Shown here piece after piece: positions 58,076-64,000 of a DNA stretch of 64,000 nucleotides (the stretch's first letter is position 1; every line of letters starts with the position of its first letter). The position numbers and the translations under genes are program-made. Below the pieces are notes generated by a model. That model was not told the origin of the DNA, made no database searches, and saw only the letters and a program-made list of their open reading frames with translations. Source of the stretch: Nitrospinota bacterium (GTDB taxonomy: Bacteria > UBA8248); the NCBI GenBank assembly GCA_036231405.1, contig JAZAHK010000003.1:220416-284415 (forward strand), given 5' to 3'.

Positions 58076-59214
58076 AGAGAATGAAAAGAATAAATATTTC
58101 AATCATTTTATTTGCATTTTTTTTCTCCTGCGATACTGCCTTTTCAATTGAAATAGTCTCTAAAAATATCTTATATATTGAAAAAAAACGTGAAATATGG
58201 GGGAGGAAAATTCGATGGGAAAATTGCCCTAAAATTATTCCATCAAGAAAGATTGTGGATGTAACGCCTTATTACGGAAACAAAGAGATGTGGAAAAAAA
58301 CAGTAAAACCATATTATAAATACGCAGAAATTGTCTCGTATCTGAGTGATTTATATATAATTAGCAAACCTGCCAACATCAAAATAGCAAAATGTGCGTT
58401 AAATTGGTTGGATATGTGGGCAGTGAATCTAGCCATGACTGCACAATCCATCGTAGGAAATCAAAGTATTTACGTTCGCAAGTGGCTATCCGGTTCAATT
58501 GCAATGTCTTATTTTAAACTACAAAATTTAAAATCTTTAAATCACAAAAAGAAAAAACGAATCGAAAAATGGATCTCTATTTTAGCTGAACTAGTTGCTG
58601 ATTCGGCTACCGGTTCTTCAAGTGCTAGAAACAATCATGCTTATTGGAATGGCTTTACTAATATGATCAACGGGATTGTCTTAAAAAGAAAGGACTTTAT
58701 TGAAACAGCTGTCTCTCAATATAAAATTGCAATAGATGAAATGCTGGTGGATGGAGTTCTACCCTTAGAATTAGCAAGAGGTAAAAATTCGCTCCATTAC
58801 CATAACTTCGCACTAGAACCACTCATTTTTACTGCGGAACTTGGTTCAAGAGTTGGCATTGATACTTATAAAATAAAGTCAAATTTACTCTTTAGTGACA
58901 AAATTCTTAATATCCACACACTTACGAATCTGATTATTAAAACCATCCAGAATCCAGATTATTTTAAACGGTACAAGGAAGAAAGTCTTGCAGTTAGGAA
59001 AAAGGGAACCATTTCAAAATTCTTCAATGATCCAGATTTATCTTGGATGGAAATATATTTTTCAAGATTCAAAGACAAGCGATTAATTCCTTACCTAAAA
59101 CGTCTCCGTGACTTTAACGATTTTGAAAAATCTCGAAATAGAGGTTTGCGAAACTGGAGAATTGGCGGAAATGCAACTCTTCTTTGGGGCACAAAAATAC
59201 TACTTCCTCAATAA
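58066..59214 (+). CDS. Alginate lyase-family (PL5/AlgL-like) polysaccharide lyase
   Basis: Signal peptide, NNHAYW (cf. NNHSYW), DGVLPLELARG, LHYHNFALEPL and RIGG. Confidence 0.85.
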   Translation: MQMKRMKRINISIILFAFFFSCDTAFSIEIVSKNILYIEKKREIWGRKIRWENCPKIIPSRKIVDVTPYYGNKEMWKKTVKPYYKYAEIVSYLSDLYIISKPANIKIAKCALNWLDMWAVNLAMTAQSIVGNQSIYVRKWLSGSIAMSYFKLQNLKSLNHKKKKRIEKWISILAELVADSATGSSSARNNHAYWNGFTNMINGIVLKRKDFIETAVSQYKIAIDEMLVDGVLPLELARGKNSLHYHNFALEPLIFTAELGSRVGIDTYKIKSNLLFSDKILNIHTLTNLIIKTIQNPDYFKRYKEESLAVRKKGTISKFFNDPDLSWMEIYFSRFKDKRLIPYLKRLRDFNDFEKSRNRGLRNWRIGGNATLLWGTKILLPQ

Positions 59215-59955
59215 GAAAAAATTTTCACCTTTTCGATGTTCTTCAAAATCATATTCACTAATAGCAGAAAAAAATTCTCTAGAACATCCGGGAACGACTT
59301 TGTCGTGAAGTTCAATAATCAGTAACTGAACCTTAGATATCCAATTAGTATTGGAAGAGAAAATATTCTTCTCTGCACCTTCCACATCCAACTTGAGGAT
59401 ATCAATTTCTCTAATAGAATAATCAATCATGAATTTTTCAATGGATATTCCTTCATAAAAATGCTTTGAAGGTTGTGGAAATTCAGAAAAATGGAAAGCC
59501 CACTTTTCCGCATTTGGATTCAATAACCACAAATCTTTAGATTCACTCCAAAGGGCCTTATTTAATGGAATGATATTTTGAAAATCCCTTGTATTATTCG
59601 ATAAAACTTCAAAATTAGAATTCTCTGGTTCCATCGCAAATACTTTAGAACTTGGGAAACGACACGCAAAATAAACAGAACTTAGTCCTATATTCGCTCC
59701 GGCATCTAAAACAAACTCCGGATTTTTGGGCAACAAATGGCTATCATATTGATCCTTTATAAAAACTTCATCAAAAACTCTAAAATCGGTAGATTTTCCT
59801 CTTAGAGTTATAGAAGTCCCTTTAAAAAGTGAGCTTTTGAAGGAAAAGTTTTTTGAAAAATATTTCACAAGTTTGCTTAGAATAAGCAAAAAAATTGATT
59901 CATAGAAGTTTGTCTTAAAGACAAATCTCTTATATTTTTTTAGAGACACTCTCAT
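59200..59955 (-). CDS. FkbM family methyltransferase
   Basis: LDAGANIG, AMEP, LKLDVEGAE and IELH. Confidence 0.9.
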   Translation of the reverse strand: MRVSLKKYKRFVFKTNFYESIFLLILSKLVKYFSKNFSFKSSLFKGTSITLRGKSTDFRVFDEVFIKDQYDSHLLPKNPEFVLDAGANIGLSSVYFACRFPSSKVFAMEPENSNFEVLSNNTRDFQNIIPLNKALWSESKDLWLLNPNAEKWAFHFSEFPQPSKHFYEGISIEKFMIDYSIREIDILKLDVEGAEKNIFSSNTNWISKVQLLIIELHDKVVPGCSREFFSAISEYDFEEHRKGENFFLLRK

Positions 59956-59988
59956 ATAACCTTTTTCAGCAATTTTGAAAAAACAAAT

Positions 59989-60978
59989 TCAACTTAGTAA
60001 AGTAAGCGCTTTCTCAAATCTAACGGCCGATGTATGATCTCTTAGGACTCTTGCTTTTGCCCTAGCAGCAATTTTTTTTCTTTCCTCTTCATTTTCCAGA
60101 TAGAATTTTATTAATTCTTTAAGTTCATCTCGATTTTTAAAAGTAATAATTTCCTTCCCCGTCTCTAATACCAAATCCATATCCGGTTTATGATTAGAAA
60201 GAACAAACACTTCTGCCCCTGAATAAATTATTGGTTTGTCGTCTGGACACCTAACAGAATTGCCTCCATTGATCAGATTAATAAATATTTTTGTAGCTTT
60301 CGCAATTTTTAATTTTTTTAAACCAAAAATCCCTTCACTAGAAGCAATCTTCGAAAGAATCCAAGGATCTTTAGAAATATCCCATCTTGGTCCCCATATT
60401 TTAAAATCAACGTAATCTTCCGTTAGTCCAGAGAAAAATTCTTCGCGGTAACCATAGTGCCCCCCTATGAACACAACATCTGAACTGTAGGTGGATATTT
60501 CTTCTGTCTTTAAAGACTGTCCATAAAAAGAAGGATCATAAGAATGCGGCATAAAAACAACATTATCAAATCCGAACAAAGATAATTCATCTCGGAAATA
60601 TGTATCTTTTGTTATAAAAAGATCGAATGCGGCTACCTTTTTAAAATCTATTGGATCTTGTTTCGATCCATACGGATTGTCACCGTAAAAACAAATAGTC
60701 CTACAATTACTCTTTCTTTTAATTTCAAGAATCGTTTCAGGAAATATATATCCGCCACGAAAAACGAACAACACATCGAAGTTGGAAGCTTTTTTCACTA
60801 ATTCACGGTTCATCCAAGGGATCCAGTTCCTTCTAAAGTTTTTATAGAAAAAAGAATCCGTCCTGTAAAAAAAAGGAACAACTTCGTGCCCCAATGAACG
60901 TATTCCATTGAAATAATCGTAAGATTCGGACGCGCCAGGCTCAAAATACTCCTTAGGAGTGCAATAAAGAACTTTCAT
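59989..60978 (-). CDS. Glycosyltransferase (CgeB/Glyco_trans_1_2-like)
   Basis: DVVFIG, KIWGPRW, KIFIN and GKEIITF...ELIKFYL...RKKIA...HT. Confidence 0.8.
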   Translation of the reverse strand: MKVLYCTPKEYFEPGASESYDYFNGIRSLGHEVVPFFYRTDSFFYKNFRRNWIPWMNRELVKKASNFDVLFVFRGGYIFPETILEIKRKSNCRTICFYGDNPYGSKQDPIDFKKVAAFDLFITKDTYFRDELSLFGFDNVVFMPHSYDPSFYGQSLKTEEISTYSSDVVFIGGHYGYREEFFSGLTEDYVDFKIWGPRWDISKDPWILSKIASSEGIFGLKKLKIAKATKIFINLINGGNSVRCPDDKPIIYSGAEVFVLSNHKPDMDLVLETGKEIITFKNRDELKELIKFYLENEEERKKIAARAKARVLRDHTSAVRFEKALTLLS

Positions 60979-61069
60979 AACTCATAATACTCCACAAATT
61001 TCTTTAAGCTAGAACTTCAGAAATATGAAAACATCATGATAGCAATGGAGATGATCGTAAACAAGGTTT

Positions 61070-61146
<77 letters not shown>

Positions 61147-61302
61147 ATTAAAATATAAAACGAAAAGGATTCTAAAGTTACTTAAGAATGCGAGCATACT
61201 CACACATAGATCTACAGTCAATAGTACATCTTGTCGATTATATAAAATTTTGTAAGACTATCTAAAGTAACTATATATAAAATATCTGGTCAAAGGATTT
61301 TC

Positions 61303-62526
61303 TTGGAAAATAATAATTATGATATTGCAATCATTGGTGGAGGAATTATAGGACTCTCCACTGCTTTGCAGTTTTCGAATTCCTATCCTCGTTTACGACT
61401 CCTTGTCCTAGAAAAGGAAAGTGAAGTCGGATTACATCAATCTTCGAGAAATAGCGGAGTGATCCACTCAGGAATTTATTACAGACCTGATTCAATGAAA
61501 GCAAAAACATGTGTTTCTGGAGCTAGAAAAATGATCGAATTTGCACAGGAACACAAAATAAAATACGAAATATGCGGAAAAGTGATTGTAGCTACTAATC
61601 AAATGCAAATCCCTAGGCTTGAAGAACTATACAAACGAGCAAAGGCAAACGGAGTGGAAGGAATAGAAATGATCGGTAAAGAAAAACTTCGTGAAAAGGA
61701 GCCCTATGCAAAAGGAATTAAAGCATTGTGGGTTCCTGGTACTGGAATTATTGATTATCCAGGAATTGTCAAAACCTATGCAAAACTTATCAGACAAAAC
61801 GAACAAAATATACAAACAAGTCAAAATGTAAAAAAAATTGAAATAAAAAATAACCAGATTTATATACATTGTAATAATGGAGAATTTCGTAGTTCATATC
61901 TCATTAATTGTGCAGGCCTGTACGCAGATCGTATAGCAAGTATGGCAGGGGCTGTTCTACCACTTAAAATTGTGCCTTTTAGGGGAGAATATTATCAAAT
62001 AAAACCATCAAGGAAAGATTTAGTTAAAGGATTAATATATCCTGTCCCAGATCCTTCTTTTCCTTTTCTTGGAGTCCATTTCACAAAACGAATTGATGGA
62101 ACTGTCGAAGCAGGTCCAAACGCTGTTTTAGCATTTGCAAGGGAAGGCTATAAAAAAAATAATTTTAATTTTAAAGATCTTTTAGAGACAATTACTTACA
62201 GAGGATTCCTGAAACTGGCCAGACAATACTGGCAGGTAGGAATTGGTGAGATGCACAGATCCTTTAGCAAAGATGCGTTTACCAAAGCATTAAAAGAATT
62301 GCTTCCAGAAATTCGAAAAGATGATCTAATCAAGGGAGGTTCTGGTGTAAGAGCCCAAGCAATAGATAAACATGGAAAACTTATAGATGATTTTTCTATC
62401 ATCCGTACAGAAAGAGCATTACATGTATGCAATGCTCCATCACCCGGCGCCACTTCCTCTATTGCAATAGGGGAAACGATCTCAACAATGTTAACAAAAT
62501 CATTCCCAGAATTAATAAAACCTTAA
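61303..62526 (+). CDS. lhgO: L-2-hydroxyglutarate oxidase
   Basis: IGGGIIG, HQSSRNSGVIHSGIYY, PFRGEY, PVPDPSFPFLGVH, GVRAQA and NAPSP. Confidence 0.92.
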   Translation: MENNNYDIAIIGGGIIGLSTALQFSNSYPRLRLLVLEKESEVGLHQSSRNSGVIHSGIYYRPDSMKAKTCVSGARKMIEFAQEHKIKYEICGKVIVATNQMQIPRLEELYKRAKANGVEGIEMIGKEKLREKEPYAKGIKALWVPGTGIIDYPGIVKTYAKLIRQNEQNIQTSQNVKKIEIKNNQIYIHCNNGEFRSSYLINCAGLYADRIASMAGAVLPLKIVPFRGEYYQIKPSRKDLVKGLIYPVPDPSFPFLGVHFTKRIDGTVEAGPNAVLAFAREGYKKNNFNFKDLLETITYRGFLKLARQYWQVGIGEMHRSFSKDAFTKALKELLPEIRKDDLIKGGSGVRAQAIDKHGKLIDDFSIIRTERALHVCNAPSPGATSSIAIGETISTMLTKSFPELIKP

Positions 62527-62608
62527 AACCTGATAAAGTTATACTTTGTTTAAAAAGTGATTTTTCAATTAAAGCAATTTAAGCGGTAGTACGACGGCAG
62601 GATAATTT

Positions 62609-63622
62609 TTATGTGGCAGCTGAACCATTCGAAGAATTAACATTTCCGTATATTTTCTCTGAAAAATGACAGGATACTGTGTGACCCGGACTCATTTCAA
62701 GGACAGGAGGCTCCTCCTGTTCACAAAGATCTTCCTTATATGGACACCTTGTATGAAAACGACATCCACTTGGAGGATCCACAGGACTAGGAACATCTCC
62801 TTTTAAAAGTATTCGGTCGGTCTTCACAGTTGGGTCTGGAACAGGAACCGCGGACAATAGTGCTTCAGTATATGGATGTTTAGGAGATGATACCAGTTCA
62901 TCAGCTTCTGCAAGCTCAACTATTTTCCCTAAATACATTACTGCGATCCGATCACTAACATGCTGAACAACAGCGAGATCATGGGCAATCATTACATAGG
63001 CGATACCCAAGTCTTTCTGTAAATCTTCTAGCAAATTGATTACTTGTGCTTGAATAGAAACATCTAACGCACTTACGGGTTCGTCTCCAATGATTAACTT
63101 TGGATTTAAAGCTAGTGCCCTAGCGAGACCAATTCGCTGTCTTTGACCTCCTGAAAATTCATGTGGATATCTACGAATATGCTCAGGACGCAATCCAACC
63201 CTATGAAGTAAGTCTACGACTTTTTGCTTCTTTTCCTCACCCTTTGCAACATTATGAATAGTAAGTGGCTCACCAACAATACTCCCAATAGTCATTCTAG
63301 GATTTAGTGAAGCGTAAGGATCCTGAAAAATTATTTGCATATCTCTTCGGCGTTTTCTCAATTCCTCGTTACCAAGATTACAAATATTTTCACCTTCAAA
63401 ATAAATTTCACCTGAGGTTGGCTCAATTAAACGTAGAATGGAACGACCAGCTGTGGATTTACCACATCCACTTTCACCAACAAGACCAAGAGTCTCGCCA
63501 GGCTTAACGTAAAAACTGATATCATCGACAGCTCTAACATAGTTCCTAACGCGGGAGAAAACACCACCTCTAACAGGAAAATATTTTACTAAATTTTTGA
63601 CTTCTAAAAGATTTTCAGTCAT
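62609..63622 (-). CDS. Oligopeptide/dipeptide ABC ATPase (OppF/DppF-like)
   Basis: [31 protein letters not shown] and C-terminal GCRFHTRC...C...CH. Confidence 0.93.
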   Translation of the reverse strand: MTENLLEVKNLVKYFPVRGGVFSRVRNYVRAVDDISFYVKPGETLGLVGESGCGKSTAGRSILRLIEPTSGEIYFEGENICNLGNEELRKRRRDMQIIFQDPYASLNPRMTIGSIVGEPLTIHNVAKGEEKKQKVVDLLHRVGLRPEHIRRYPHEFSGGQRQRIGLARALALNPKLIIGDEPVSALDVSIQAQVINLLEDLQKDLGIAYVMIAHDLAVVQHVSDRIAVMYLGKIVELAEADELVSSPKHPYTEALLSAVPVPDPTVKTDRILLKGDVPSPVDPPSGCRFHTRCPYKEDLCEQEEPPVLEMSPGHTVSCHFSEKIYGNVNSSNGSAAT

Positions 63623-63763
63623 TTTCCTTGCCTAATCTCAGTAAAGAACATTGCTTATTAGGTTGGTAAAAAGATAAATTAAAACTAAGATAAACTGTAC
63701 TCTATCAATTCATAACATAATATCGCAAGTGTGAATTAAATAAAAAACTTCTAGGTAAAAACA

Positions 63764-63792
63764 TTGACCCAAAGATACACATTTGTTACCTT
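63764..63792 (+). promoter_or_regulatory. Putative sigma70 promoter
   Basis: TTGACC, 17-nt spacer, TACCTT with an extended TG, upstream of the ORF at 63860. Confidence 0.45.
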
Positions 63793-63859
63793 CACGACTC
63801 TATATAGATTACTGAATATAATTTAGGCTAGAAGATTAAAGGAAAAAACGGAGGAAATA

Positions 63860-64000
63860 ATGTCCCCTGAAGATAAGCTTAACGAAAATAATGAAAAAGA
63901 AGATATAACCGAGGAAGCTAGCGCCCCTGCTGAGGAAGAACAAACCGAGGAAGCTAGCGCCCCTGCTGAGGAAGAACAAACCGAGGAAGCTAGCGCCCCT
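63860..64000 (+). CDS. Partial CDS with an acidic low-complexity N-terminus
   Basis: SD GGAGG then ATG: MSPEDKLNENNEKEDITEEASAPAEEEQTEEASAPAEEEQTEEASAP..., open to the window end. Confidence 0.7.
   Translation, partial: MSPEDKLNENNEKEDITEEASAPAEEEQTEEASAPAEEEQTEEASAP
63908..64000 (+). repeat. Perfect 36-bp in-frame tandem repeat (TEEASAPAEEEQ), at least 2.6 copies
   Basis: ACCGAGGAAGCTAGCGCCCCTGCTGAGGAAGAACAA starts at 63908, 63944 and 63980 (partial). Confidence 0.95.

Noticed and set aside
63908-64000. 36-bp repeats as a CRISPR array
   Set aside because: The copies are directly adjacent with no spacers, are in frame within an ORF, and no cas genes are present.

Overview
AT-rich bacterial chromosomal window, densely coding, with no integrase, transposase, phage gene or CRISPR array visible. 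From left to right: zur and a ZnuA-like binding protein with a Zur box; a long minus-strand run (aminotransferase, tatA, two moeA, moaA, rph, rdgB) that ends in an AhpD/CMD-like selenoprotein, a DehI-like protein and a TauE-type exporter. The ORF track splits the selenoprotein at an in-frame TGA in a CxxU motif, which is followed by a SECIS-like hairpin. Next come organic-acid/aromatic catabolic genes, rpmG (missed by the track) with rpmB, and tRNA-Sec. A ~13 kb unusual-sugar cluster follows: HldE-like and GmhA-like proteins, two SDRs, E1 alpha/beta without E2/E3, GT2, a GT-C-like membrane protein, a radical SAM enzyme with an apparent ATT start and two uncharacterised partners (one NifU-like), and two DegT aminotransferases. 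After that: ugd, a kelch lipoprotein, tandem ACAD-fold paralogs, a ThDP decarboxylase with a Liv-type ABC transporter, an orphan Mo-hydroxylase large subunit, a lipoprotein plus PL5 lyase pair, FkbM and GT genes, tRNA-Pro, lhgO, an orphan oppF-like ATPase and a partial gene with 36-bp coding repeats. The best candidates for undescribed biology are the radical-SAM/ThDP sugar-tailoring and lipid-carrier glycosylation cluster and the Sec-AhpD/DehI-like/TauE module. All family assignments come from motif recognition, not from database searches.
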